DNA of 62,444 nucleotides, the filler included, from Choristocarpus tenellus KU-1152 (Eukaryota > Protista > Phaeophyceae): NCBI GenBank assembly GCA_964200185.2. It is 8 parts of 8 records of this genome, joined end to end, with 100 filler letters (N's around TTAATTAATTAA, not from the genome) between each part and the next. Parts side by side here need not be neighbours in the genome. Positions count along the whole stretch, not along the records: positions 23,190 to 27,563 come from CAXNAD020014852.1; positions 27,664 to 35,677 come from CAXNAD020005267.1; positions 35,778 to 45,695 come from CAXNAD020003283.1; 5 more parts are not named here. One strand, written 5' to 3'. The number at the start of each line of letters is the position of its first letter. Position 1 is the first letter of the stretch. The notes under the pieces are model-generated. The model was given only the letters and a program-made list of their open reading frames with translations. It made no database searches and had not been told where the DNA came from. Below are positions 26,014-39,400 of the stretch, in pieces. A program made the translations under genes and the position numbers.

Positions 26014-26272
26014 GAGTGAAAGTATCTTAGAGGGTACGAGTTTTGCCCTCTTTGTCCATTTGGGACTTGACTTCCCATGGGTTTTTTATGACGTTTTCCT
26101 ACTCCAAAATATTTTGGAGTAGGTAAAGTGTATATGTTATGAAAAGGTGTGTCCAGAACAAGGGTATTGACACTTCCTAACGAACAAGATAGTCCAAAGT
26201 TACATCAAAATCGCAACATTGGATTTTGCCTCCCAAATGGACACGCCTCTACCCTCTAAGATACTTTGGCTC
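26014..26272 (+). mobile_element. MITE family A (forward), inverted relative to the neighbour 43 bp upstream
   Basis: Full TIRs; no TSD visible. Confidence 0.92.
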
Positions 26273-26299
26273 CCATAAGGTTCCTCCCAGACAGACAAT

Positions 26300-27490
26300 C
26301 GTGACAATGGTAGGCACACTCAACATGACGATCCCCCCCACTCACAAAGGTCGGCCTCTATTTGCCACTGGCGACGACTCCAACCCGTATGCCCCTTGCC
26401 CACCTATACACCAAACACGCAATGTATATCGTTCAAAATTGTGTCACATCCGTGAATCCCTCAAATCGACACAACATGCAGCATCAGAATCACACATACG
26501 CACTTCTCAATTGACCGCATAGACAGTCTATGCGCACTTACAACCATCACCGCCTATTTTCCATAAGTCTGCCAACCAGCAAACTCGCGCAAAACTCGAA
26601 GTTGTTCTTTTCTTTCCGGCATCAACGTCTGCCGTGTACCTAACCCTAACCCTAACCCTACAGGAATAGGTAGCACATATACCACGTGCATGCCCCCCCA
26701 ACCCACAAAAATCGGCCTCTGTTTGCCACTGGCGACAACCCTAATCCGTACGCACCTTGTCCACCAATGCACTAATCACGCCATAGATTTTTTTAAATTG
26801 TATCACATCCGTGCCTTCCCTTCTTGTCGACGACACCATGCACGACATGCTAATCGCACATACGCACTTCTCCATCGACCGCACACCGTCCGTGCACACT
26901 TGCAACCATCGACCTCTATTTTGCATAACCCCTGCCAACCGACAAACTAACCAAAAAGTCTAAAGTTATCATTTTCTTCTCCCACATTAACGTCTGTCAT
27001 TTACCAAACAATTGTTGCAGGAACAGGTAGAACATATACGACGTGCACGGTCCCCCCCACTCACAATAATCGGCCTCTATTTGCCACTGGCGACAGACTC
27101 ACCCCTCCCGCCCCTTGCCAACTCATACACTAAACACGCATTAGATATCGTTGACCCATTATATCACATCTATGCCTAGCCTCCTCGTCGACACCACGCA
27201 CAACATGCTAATCGCACATCGCACTTCTCAATCGACCACACACAGTCCATGCACACTTGCAATCATCGCCCTCTATGTTGAAAAAGTCTGCCAACCGGTA
27301 AACTCGCGCAAAACTCCAAGTTATTGTTTTCTTTCCCGTATCAATGTTGGCCATGAACCCATCGCTTGTTGCAGGAATAGATAGCGCACATGTATTACAT
27401 GCATGATTCCCCCCACTCACAATAATTGATCTCTCTTTGCCACTGGCGATACAGACTGCCCCCTCCCGCCCCTTGCTAGCCCATACACAC
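26300..27490. repeat. Diverged tandem repeat, ~360-bp unit, ~3.3 copies
   Basis: CCCCCCA.(T)CACAA...CTCT.TTTGCCACTGGCGA recurs at ~26333, 26693, 27052 and 27409. Confidence 0.9.
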
Positions 27491-27492
27491 TA

Positions 27493-27563
27493 AGGGTCAA
27501 ATTATCTGGGAGGGGGTGGCGGCTGTCCATTTGGGGTCAATTTTTTCATGTCTCGATTTTTGG
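27493..27563 (+). mobile_element. MITE-B terminus at contig end
   Basis: GGGTCAAATTATCTGGGAGGGGG...TCCATTTGGGGTCAATTTTTTCATGTC matches the reverse complement of the right half of the 53745 copy. Confidence 0.8.
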
Positions 27564-27663
27564 NNNNNNNNNNNNNNNNNNNNNNNNNNNNNNNNNNNNN
27601 NNNNNNNTTAATTAATTAANNNNNNNNNNNNNNNNNNNNNNNNNNNNNNNNNNNNNNNNNNNN

Positions 27664-27990
27664 TCTATGGTTACAGTATCTACAAACATCTATGGTTACA
27701 GTATCTACAAACATCTATGGTTACAGTATCTACAAACATCTATGGTTACAGTATCTACAAACATCTATGGTTACAGTATCTATAAACATCTATGGTTACA
27801 GTATCGACAAACATCTATGGTTACAGTATCTACAAACATCTATGGTTACAGTATCGACAAACATCTATGGTTACAGTATCGACAAACATCTATGGTTACA
27901 GTATCGACAAACATCTATGGTTACAGTATCGACAAACATCTATGGTTACAGTGTCTACAAACATCTATGATTACAGTGTCTACAAACATC
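27664..27990. repeat. 25-bp minisatellite TCTATGGTTACAGTATC(T/G)ACAAACA, ~13 copies, truncated by the contig start
   Basis: Head-to-tail copies with no spacers. Confidence 0.97.
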
Positions 27991-28015
27991 CATCACACGA
28001 CAACGAACACACACC

Positions 28016-31000
28016 TGCGGCCCGTGCGCTTTGTCCCCCAGCAGCAACCGTCATTGCCCCCACCCCAGCCCCTGTATTTCCAGTAACTTGTGCCACTCCA
28101 GTCCCACCACTTGCGTGATCCAACAGTGCCACTCCCTTGACACCCAGTAAGCATGCAGTCCCCAAGGTAGGGAGGAATCATCACTTAAGTACATTGAGCA
28201 CAATACATATCAGGCAACTCGGCAACATTTGAAGCTGTGCAACACTTGAACCTCTATTGCAGGTTGATAAAACTCAGATTTCCTCTCACATCCTTATCAA
28301 GTCATCAGTTTGGTATGGACAGCACCATGTCCACCTCAGGGCCGTTGCCGACAGTATAAAAATGTTCTACTTATCAACCTACAGCACACACACACAAAAG
28401 TGCATCCAAACAGCCTAACTGGATTTTTGTTTTATGTTCTAGACTGATTATCTTACAACTTTTTTTATCACTTAGTATGCCACTTATGGGACATGGACAT
28501 GGACATGGCGCTGACTGTAATGGGACACCAATCAGTCATGAGTATACATTCAAGAGATACACCACATTAGTTCAATTTTCAGCTTGGGCATGACTATATT
28601 TTATTTATTCTTTTGAGGGTGTTTGTTCATTTAAAACACTGGTCTACACTACCAGACAAAATTAATTATTTCGAGAATGGATGTGGCCACACACTACAAC
28701 TACGTATATTGTATAACCCATTTTAGGGAGAAATTGTGTGACTGGAAAAAAAAAAATCAGTAAAAAATTAAACAGACATGGTCTTGATTGCAAAGAGACG
28801 TTAGTACAACTGATTCACAAGAAGGTTTTCAAACCTTGGGAGATCTTGACTATATTCTAAGTTTTTCTTTGTCCCTGTGTGCCAAGCTTCCAATGTACAA
28901 GTTACATACCTTCCTCTCTTAACATACACGTTCACCAAGATGAATCTCTGGAGCCAAATAACACAGTAGAGTGCCTTCAGCAACCTCGCAGACACACATG
29001 AATGACATTCAACATCTGGAAAAACACTAAAATGTATGTGGCAACTTTTCATTTGTCTTGAAGGAACACATGCACACACTAGTGACATCCAACCCTTCCA
29101 AATAGACCGAGGCCTATTTGAACACTCACATAACAAACACAAAGCAGATGGAAGTTGAAACCCAGTACTGCCTTAGAATATAACATCAAGAGATTAATGA
29201 GCACCCATCATTACCACTTTACCTGTTATTTTGACTTAAGCTACAACAATTCCTACTAGTGCATACATGAAATTCTTGTTCTCAAGTATAACTAAACAAC
29301 ATTTTCAAGAACAGGGTGGTCTACATATGAATTATCTCTCACATCTTATTTATGCACAGTAGATACAGCCCCAGTGCCTGTACAACAGCACCAAGTCAGG
29401 CTGAGAATCAATCGCAATATTTGCAAACCAAAGCACAATATCTTTGCTCTTCTCATAGTTCCTCGAGCAAACGCAAGGGAGACAGGAGTCAACAGCTATG
29501 ACATAATATGCACATTCAATTTTCAACTAATAACTGGGATCACTTAAAGATTTACCAACTAATTAAAAGGTGACTTGGGTATATATCAAGCATAAGATGC
29601 AGACATATATTCCACTTCACAAGCAAGGCGCTTACTCTTCTTGGCCACTACATACAGGGGTTTATTAGTCCCAGCAAACGTCTTTCACACAGAGAACTTC
29701 CAGAATCAGCACTCTTGAATACTCTTGTAATTTTCCATTTTTCAATACCTGAATATTCTAGGTAAGTCTCTTTGCTCCATACCTTGCTGTAATGAGTACA
29801 AAAAATTAATACTTAAAGAGAATCATCCTAAGGTTTGCTCAAACTTGAGACACAAAAAAACTGCTTTCCATCAAAGTTTCTTCACTGCACCAAATTTATC
29901 ACTGATGCTACAGATTAGCCCTACCATGTGCTCTTCCTTCCCACACACCCCACCCCAAGTTATGAAGTTCGACAAGAAATCTCACACATTGAGACCAGAG
30001 CAGGCATTTGAGTCACCAGACACCTTCCTGCCCCAATCTCATTCCAGTCAAAAAGGTGGCGATTATTCCTTGTGGGATGTCAATCAGCCGAGTTTGCAAA
30101 AAAATAAATCAAAAACTTGGTAAGGCAACTTCTCTCAAAAAATCGATCCCCAGCTGCCAGTCTGAGGCATAATACAGTACAGAATTTGACAGCAGAAAAC
30201 TGAACCGAAAGTTTCAGAAGGTCTGCTATGACCCTGCCACAGGAATTAGTTTTTGCCACCATACACTTAAATATCATGAATTGCAGATGTTAAAAATAAT
30301 CGAACTGCTTGCTCATGATAGACACACACCGCAATACAGTTCATTGTCCTTGCTTGTAGAGGCATCACTGGCTCTAGCGAAAAAGGTGGACAAAGAAACA
30401 AGCTCTCAGGCATAATAGAGTAATAAACGAGGAATTATCTGAAGGTTTATACAACCCCTCAGAAATATCACAAGTTTCGGATGTCTTGAAAGACTTGAAT
30501 CAACTTTTAGCAGTGCAACAATAGGAACTATCACCTGAACTCGTGTAGTTAGATCCTCCACTGTCCTTCGATCCACCGTTGAGGCCATTTCCAGGAAAAC
30601 GGCCAATAGGTAGATCGGTGCCCTGAAGACGCAATTGCTTCAAAGTAAAGACTTGTAAACCACACTATTCCAACCTTTCGATCACCTCCCCTTTTACCTT
30701 CTCCCCAGGTGACACACTGATAAAGTAACGCGTTGGATTAACATGCACAGTCACAGTCACAACCTTTAAACTATGCACACCCCAAGACCAATCAGGAGGG
30801 GTACTGTTGAGTCGTAGGCGATGTCCACAATCGTTGCAACCTGCATTTAATATAGCGGCATTTGATACGTCGAGGGATCATAGTAAATCTAAACTCAGAT
30901 CTTTGAATCCACCTCAAGGTTGCAAAGAAAGGGTGTTATCACATCCTCGGCAAAATAATTTAGAGTGTCCTAAACATATGGGAAAAGCCATGGCTATTTC

Positions 31001-31220
31001 CTTGTTGCATACTCGACTAGTATCGAATAGGGAGGTGTAGGGCCAGCAAAAAAATATTAATGGTTATGCCACATAGAAGAAGTAGATAAACAGATGCGGA
31101 GGTTTTTCTACACCCTAGGACCTCAATCCCGAACGAAAGAGGGCAACTTGGGAACATCCACCATCGCGTTCTTTCGTCTTTACTTCTTCGACAGTAAAGA
31201 GGTTAAGATTAAGCATATAC
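28016..31220 (-). CDS. Possible multi-exon gene divergent from CSTF2; structure unresolved
   Basis: Exon-like blocks with AG/GT borders, e.g. ~30623-30536 (APIYLLAVFLEMASTVDRRTVEDLTTRVQ), ~28983-28910, and a Gly/Ala-rich block ending ~28016. No recognisable domain. Confidence 0.3.
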
Positions 31221-31959
31221 CGTTTTCATCGGTTAATTAGAATTCACAAGATCTCTGCTACCCTGCACAGGAGTCTGTAGTTCCCTTCAGTTGACCCGTA
31301 ACGTAGAACCTGTTGCATACCGTCTCGAAAAACTACGGTCGAGATTCATTTCTCACGAGCCTCGACGGATTTCAATCACTCCTCAAACTTTTCGTTGTAT
31401 AGATAGAAAGGGAGGATGGCACCCATTCTTACACGCCCAAGAATGTCATCAAACAACAGCGAAGTGAACACTGAGAGGACCTCACCACACAACCGCAACT
31501 CTATGCCATGTCATGGGAGCATTTCAACCACACCTGATGATCACCGCAAGACAACCACTCTGTGAAAAACCGTTCAATCCAGCTAGCTTCACTCTACCGG
31601 TCCCGATCCCCTCCTACCAACGTTCAGGTATGCCCACAGTTGTCGCAACTTTCCCACCTAATAACACCCAACACCCTACCCTACCCAAAGGCGCAATAAA
31701 CAAAACACAAAACATATATTTCCTAGACTTTTTATCGGTTGGTCGATATATCCAGGTTATCGGGAAGTATCTATTCTCCTTTATGTCTAAACATCGTTAA
31801 ATATATAACCTGAATATGTACTATAATATCTACAAACTACTATCGTATCGATGATTTGAATATATGGTGATTGACCAACTGATACGACCTTTGTATTGGG
31901 AAGAAGGAAGTTGCAGTGTTACTAAGTACCAAGCCAAGAACGGTGTTGGAGGGGACAAG

Positions 31960-34900
31960 ATGCGCAGAGGAGGGGGGGGTCGGGACAAGAATGATGTGTT
32001 CGGTAAGACTGTGTGTCGATTGTTTCATAAAAATACCCCTTCTTAGCCTGAACGTTTGGTGCCAAACACACCTACAGTTCCTTTTTGACTCAAGATTTCT
32101 CCTATCCGGAGTACTTACTCTCTTGACAACCTTTGGATTCCTTAGAAGCAAACTTGCCGGTTTTGGCTTGCTTTTCCTATACTAAATTGCGGTCTCATCA
32201 TGCCTTAATATGACACGGCCCGACGGAGACTTGAGATATCACCTTCCCTAACCCCATCTCCAATCCACAAAACTAATCCTTGCTTCACGGCAGTGGGAAA
32301 CATTCCCTACGGGACAACAGAGGAGCAATTGCATCAAATATTTTCGGTAAGAGGATCGTGCATGCTGCTTCAGTGTGGTTGGGACGCGTAAATGTTGAGA
32401 ATCCTTAATCATATCTGTCAATGAGCGTAAGAGACTTGGGGAAGTACAATAAATTTGCCAACATCACATGTCTACCTCCTACCTCTACTGCACTCATATG
32501 TCTCCAAGGAAGCTGGCCGAGTGGTGAACATTAGGCTAGTCTCTGATCACGAAACAGGCAAGCCGAGAGGTTACGCCTTCGTGGAATACGAGGATGCCTC
32601 GACTGCGCTGAGCTCCATCCGGAACCTCAACGGCTACGAGTGTAATGGAAGACAGGTGCCTGTGGCGATATTTTCTTTCACCCAACCTTGGTGATTGGTG
32701 ATCAATGGAATGTTGTCATGTAGTGCAAGTGATTGAGGCCGGGATGGGGCACTGTTTCGTGCAAAGGGTCATTGGACATCGATAAGTTGTTTGTAGTCTT
32801 CCCTTTTTTCTCGTACCAATTGATCCTTTTAGAGAAATCGTGGCAGTGTACAGGGTTAGCATGAGCAAGTACCCAGTACCATCGTTTCGTTAAAGCAAGT
32901 GGTATATGCATGCTATTTTCAGCATCATGTGGTTGGTGTGCTATGATCAACGCTCTTCTCGTGTAGACAGAACTCACTTGAATGTCAAAAATCAGCAAGA
33001 CTTTTTCCCTGTTCCCCATGCGGTTGCCGCTGACCAGCTGCGGGTTAACTTCTCCAACAACAGCTCATTAGGCGCTGAGCAGCAAAGGGGGGACAAGAGT
33101 CACCCACAGGTGAAGCTTCCAAGAAAGTTTGGTCTTGCAATGTGGTACAACCTTGTTTCTTCTGGACAGGCTGCTAGCCATTGCTCATGTTCGACCAATG
33201 TAAACTTTTTTTCAGTTCAGAGGAGGACAACCCATTTCGACCCTCAGTTCCTCATGTTAGATGTTTCCCATCCAACGGCAATTGTCACAATGGTCGTTGG
33301 CCTTGCTTGGTCATCAGGAGCGAACAATAAAGATCGTTGTGAGTGCCATGGGCATTCATGAAGTCTACGATGTTGTCTCCAATATGAAGCAGCTGGTGGA
33401 AAAGGAGCCAGAAAAGGCGAAGCAGATGCTGGTCAGCCATCCACAAGTGAGAGATGATAAATTGTGATACTGACCCTGCTGTTGGAACCCAAGACACAGT
33501 CAACCACAATTGTTGGGGACACACATCCGAAACGTTTTGTCAAGAAGTGTGCCGCAAAAGGAGTGTCCTCTTGTGGGGAAGCATAAATATCTCCATTGGA
33601 AGCTAGAAAGGCAGCGAGGTGTATTAAATTTTATTTTTTTGTTTGTACTTTCTTCACTAGAGTCGTAGAGGATTAGAGTTAGCTGTATTAAGTGTGCTGT
33701 TACATTCATTGGTTTCATCTTCTGTACCTTGTTTCTTAAGGTGGCAGAGGCACTCCTTCACATGCAGGTACGGCTGGGGATGCTCAAGGCAGAAGATGTT
33801 CCCTCGCTGCAAGGAGCTCCTTCTCCACCTTTAGCTGCCCCTCCTGTAGTGGGAGGTGCTATCATGCTTGGCAAGGGAGCTCAGCTTCCAATCCTGGTGC
33901 CCCCACAGGTGAGGTGAAGTGCTACTGAATGAAGACCGTTATGTTCAGTTGAGATTTGGGATTGTTCACTAGCCATTTTTGTCTCTTCTGTTCAACCAGA
34001 GTGTGTTATTCATAAATAACCCTAACCCTAAACCCAAGGACATCACTGACAGCCCATCAAGAAAGTGTTTGATTGAGCAGCAAGAGAGACGAAACAAGGC
34101 ACTTTGAAAACAATAGGCTGTAATTTTTTCCCTTTCCATCATCAGCTTTACCATATGTTGTCTCCAAATTGCACCATTGAATGGTGTGCTTGTATTCACC
34201 TTGTCCTGCCTTCCAAGAATCCTCATAGTTGCATGTTGCCAATTCTTGTTTTTGCCATCATATCCTTCTTATCACAGACACCAGCACCACCACCACCATT
34301 CCCACCCCCAGCGCCTCCAGCACCACCAGTGGCTCCAACATCATACCCTTCACAATTCCAGCCACCTCCACAACCCCCCCAGTCCATGAGCGAGCAAGGT
34401 GGTATGTAAGTTATATTGAAGAATTAACTTGCTAGCAAACTTGTTTTGTTGCAGGTTGCTCATGTGCTCTCTTATAATGTAGATGTGCGGATTTGTGGAG
34501 CCTGAGCACTCAATCTCTGGACATTTCTGCTGTCAGATGGTAGGAGTTAGGTAACTGTAGTGACACTATTATATGATTCTACTTGTTCTTCCACATTGTT
34601 GTAGTTTATAGTGTATCTTCCTCCCCTACCACGCCTCACTTACAGATTGTGAATTTTGTATTTCAGTGCAGCGTGGTAGTGGAATATTCCATTTTTTAAC
34701 ACGCGTTCCTGTGGGACACACTTGACTTGCAGACTTTGGATGAGTGGGTTCATTTGGACTACAATAATGACTTTTGTGTTTTGTGGACTTTTTTGTGATA
34801 GCCAAGGAATCATACCTCAATCTATGTATCAGGTCAATGTGATTGACGCAATAGTATTCGTGTGTCATTATACCTTCTGTCGGATGCTGTGGGGTTTTTT

Positions 34901-35033
34901 CAGGTGGGGTGATGCCCTTCAGTCACAAGCAAGCTCCACAAGCACTTCCCAGGGACAGTTTTTGCAGCATCAATCGGCAACCCAGCAACAGGACTTCCCA
35001 CCAGCACAACAGCCAATGACACTTCAGCCCCAG
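31960..35033 (+). CDS. CSTF2: Cleavage stimulation factor 64-kDa subunit (CstF-64/RNA15). Exons 31960-32002, 32294-32346, 32509-32655, 33038-33109, 33318-33446, 33741-33908, 34278-34405, 34904-35033; C-terminus not found before the contig end
   Basis: RRM VF|[18 protein letters not shown]|[46 protein letters not shown]|LRVNF; hinge [21 protein letters not shown]|VAEALLHMQ; Pro/Gln-rich region. All junctions in phase. Confidence 0.93.
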
Positions 35034-35777
35034 GTAGGAGCATAAGGGACTGGTCAAATGAATCTCTGTGAGAGTATTGAGGAAACTTTGGAATATAAAC
35101 AAACCAGGGATGTATGCCCTGTCCTTGATGTCAACACAACTCCATTGACACTATGGGTAGGATGATTCCATATTAGCAAGAGTGATAAATTGATAGCAGG
35201 GAGGTGGAAAGTTATTTCCTGGCAGTTGCATAAGTGTATGAGACTTGGGGTCATTGCACAGAGCTCAAGCAGGGGACACACATGCACAGTTGTTTGTACT
35301 GGGTGTATACTCTACCAATCAACAGGACTCCCACTGCACTGGCTCTATCCTTCTTTCTGACCACTCCACAACAAACTGTGCGATAAGTAGGTAGGTGAGA
35401 CTCTGATTGTGTCTAGGATTGATTGGGTTAGCCGATGTGTTGAACACTGAGATACCACTCTTCTGTTGCAACAAATAAAGGCCCAACCTCTTCCCAGTGA
35501 AAAAGTAGTAACTCAATGCTTGACAGTACAACCAGTGACATCACTTTTGTGTGCATGTTTCATTGTTTCATCGTGTACTGTAGCACTAAACCTGATACAT
35601 ACATGCCACCACCCCCCCCCCCCCCCCCCCCCCCCCACCACCACCCCCCCCCCCCACACCCCCCCCCCCCCCCCCCCNNNNNNNNNNNNNNNNNNNNNNN
35701 NNNNNNNNNNNNNNNNNNNNNTTAATTAATTAANNNNNNNNNNNNNNNNNNNNNNNNNNNNNNNNNNNNNNNNNNNN

Positions 35778-36033
35778 CTCTTAGATACTTTCACTCTATG
35801 AGTTTTGCCCTGTTTGTCCATTTGGGGCTTGACTTCCCACGCGTTTTTTATGACATTTTCCTACTCGAAACTGTTTTGGAGTAGGTAAAATGTGTACATT
35901 ATGAAAAGGTGTGTCCGGAACAAGGATATTGACTCTTCCTTAACAGACACGTAGCAAAAAATTACATGAAAATCGGAACATTGGATTTTTGCCCCCAAAT
36001 GGACGCGGCTCTACCCTCCAAGATACTTTGATT
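35778..36033 (+). mobile_element. MITE family A lacking its left TIR, abutted by the end of another A copy
   Basis: CTCTTAGATACTTTCACTC is followed directly by the internal sequence TATGAGTTTTGCCC. Confidence 0.8.
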
Positions 36034-36469
36034 GAGCTTCCTCCTACAGCAACAGGATCCATGGCAATGCTAGGGGAGAGGGGGATAGGGGAGGGAAGTG
36101 GGATGTTCCGGGCAATTTGGACCAAGCTTAAAGGTCTTGAGGGTTTTAGCCAGCAGCTAGTGGAAAATTGGGGAAATTGGGGAAATTTCTGATGGTGAAG
36201 GGATCTTCTTGCCACACAAAGGAAATAACAACAGCATCATTAACGGCTACTGCTACAGTCATATTTACCACTGACTAAACGGCCAGAACCCTTTCAATGA
36301 TGAAGTAAACAGTCTCTCGAAGTTTGTTCAAGGATTGTCAATCTGAAATTTTTGAAAATGCTTGTGTACTACGTAGTCACTAGGACCCTGGGTATGTTTT
36401 TTTTGTGAAAAGAGCACCCTCAGAGTACTTTCAAACTGTGTATGACTATTGCAATCCCCTCATCCACAA

Positions 36470-39400
36470 CATATGACCTCCAATCTCGGGTGCATAAGGT
36501 GGCGGTTGGAGGACCGTCCATGGCATGTCATTTGTGTTAACCGAATCACCAGAGTCAACCGTACTGTTGAATACGGAGTCTTCAACGACATTGGAGGTTA
36601 CTGTGATCAGCCCGAGGAGTATAAGGCAAGGACAAAGAGATGAAACATCCAGCAAGACCTGGTCACTTTTGTTGCTGGGTCTTTCGCTGGACAGCCTTGT
36701 GTCTTGTTGATGGCAAACCTGATGGGATGCTGTTTGACCCTGATCTCCAAAATGTATAATAGAGTGTAGATTCAGACTCATTGAGAAGATCATATTCTGC
36801 AGGGAGAGGCAGATTTCACATATGGGTTTAGTGGCTTCCAAGTACTTAGAGGTCCAGCACAGATAATGGCAGCAGCCCTGAAGTCCATCAGGCAAAGCAT
36901 CGATTGGTGTTATTTACTTTAGAACTGAAGGGTAAGTGACTGCTGAAAGGTTCCCATGCAGTAGACATATTTAATGTTTCTAACATAGTAGTCAAGACAG
37001 TGGCGGTGTTGTGGCTGTGTTGGAAAGCTAAGACAACTCAAAAAAGGTAGCACAAGCTGTCATGTGGGCCATGTTCGGTTTCAATGTCCGCAGAGGTTTA
37101 ATATTTTTTTCCAGTTTATCAGAAGGTAGATATGTGGCAACAGATGGAGCCCCTGTACTGAATAAGGCATGGCCTTGCTTTGAACCCTCTCTTGCCAACA
37201 TTATAACACAACACTATGCAGAATTCTGAATGCTACTGTTTCATATATGCTATTACTAAAACTTGGTACTGCTTGAAACAAGGATGAGGACAAAAAATCG
37301 TTTTAGCATCACATGTTCCCCCGTATTTAGCAAACAATCAAGTACATATTTAGGATTGCTCTTTCATTGAGCCTTCAAGCATCCACTTTGTGTCAAAGCC
37401 CCAATACGTACGACCAGTGATAGTACAGGAACAGGCGATGGCACTAACCATAGTGGGAGGGATTAGGGAAGGGTGGGTACATGAAGATGCAGGGATCCCA
37501 AAGCCCCAAGCATGTAGGTTGAAAGGTGGTCATCACTCACATGATGAGATTTATATGCATCAGTGCAGTTCAATAAAGTATATTGTCACTCCCCTATTAC
37601 GGAGGGTTAATCCTCTGCCTCCGATATGTTTTCCAACAATGGTTGTGACATAGTGGTGCTCTCTTGTATTATACTCTAGTGTTCCATGATTATAACACAT
37701 CTGAAAATTTCTGCTAAGTAGGTTAAAAAAACGTTAGGTACTTGCCGTTAATATATTTTTTTGTATTTTGTTATCATAGGAAATATGACATAATATCGTT
37801 TACAGTGCAATTAACTTTGCCTCAGAAACTCCTTTATGTACAGGTTTAATAACAAATACTGAGCAAAGTAGGACTAAAATTTTATAATCTTGCAAAATGT
37901 GATAGAGTATGAAGTGAATGACTCGTGGTTATCTGAAATTACAGTGTGTGCAAGAGACGCGGAGAACTATGAATTTGGTCTTACACTCTGGCCTTTCATA
38001 CTAGAACTTTGGATCCAAGCAACAAGTGGGCTATTCTACCAACTCAATGTACAGACCTCTGCTGCACCTCCTTCTTTCCCATGCTCTACCCACAGGTAGT
38101 TCTTGGTCTGGGCTACCCAGTGGTAAGCTCCCGTTTCCAAGACCCCACAAACATCAATAACAGTTTCTGGATGCCAGACTCAGTCCCAGCAGTGAAAGCA
38201 CAGCCCTGGTCGGCAAACTATGAGGATGGTGTCTGTGGAATACGAAGGATGGATGATGGGTATGAGACGGATGACCCCTCTCTTGACAGCAGGTACTGTT
38301 CCGTATGGAACAAAGGTCCCTATGAGGAGCTTGGTCAATCAACATTGAGGACATCTCACTACATAGGCCACCCAGTACATACGTCCTGCACCATGATTGC
38401 TATCATTGGGGTTTTGTAGATGAAATACCTCCGACAGGCCTCTGGAGTAACAGAAATATTCCATACAGAAATTACATTTGCTAGCCTTGTATCACTGCAC
38501 ATATTTCTCCGAGTATCAACCAAACCCTCTCCAATGTATTTAACCAATCCAGCAGGATTGTATACACGCTGGTATACTCTGTATCTTCAAGAAAGTTTGA
38601 TGTTAAGTCCCACTCTACAAGTTGAAATGTTTTCCCCTGACTTTCATTCTTCTCCCTCTGCTGCTGGTGATGCACAAGACTTTATTTGAGAAAGGTATCC
38701 CAAATATCTAGGAAATCACAGACTGTTACCACCTGACAAAACTATCTTATCTGTTTGCACCCTAATCATTAACATTTTGTGGTATACGATGTTCCTTTGC
38801 CAAGGTCAACAATGGACCGTGGCAATTGCTCCAACATCGCTGATAATCCGATCCATGATACTCCTCCTGACAAGCTGATCGGACCTCAGCATGTGGTGGA
38901 AACTCGCCTGGCAAAGTTCATCGCTGTGTCCCGCCTCACAACCGACTTACTGGACACATCCTCTGTAAGATATGTGCTAGCAATGATGCAGTCTCGAACA
39001 CGCCCTGACCTTCATTGCATCTCGAGCTCATAGTACCTTCATCTCAATCTGAATCTTTTCTCAGGTTCTCACTTCATTTGAAGGTGAACTGGAGGATAGT
39101 GAAGACCTCCTCGCACTAATCTCCAACAGCCACAACCTGTTTGATTGGTCGGCTGGGTATTCCATCCAGTCTACGTACCATCCACAGGTATTTTATAAAT
39201 TTATTTGAGGCACGTAATATCCACCTTCTATTCAGAAGATACTCGCGTTTGCACATAAGGTAGCTCATCAAAGTGCTCGGGTTCGGTTTGCCCAGAGCAG
39301 TACTTCTGGTCGCCATCGGCAATGGAGATCTATTGAATCTGTGTATTGGTTGAAACACAGTTGACAGTCATATCTTGCTCATTGCTCTGAATGGTCTTTC

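Noticed and set aside
27664-27990. CRISPR array or repeat-protein gene (ORFs at 27667, 27692, 27792)
   Set aside because: No spacers, no cas genes, eukaryotic context. The ORFs arise because the 25-nt unit has no plus-strand stop.
30850-31420. rRNA or U3 snoRNA fragment (GGGATCAT, TTAAGCATAT)
   Set aside because: Only 8-10-nt matches with no extended conservation.
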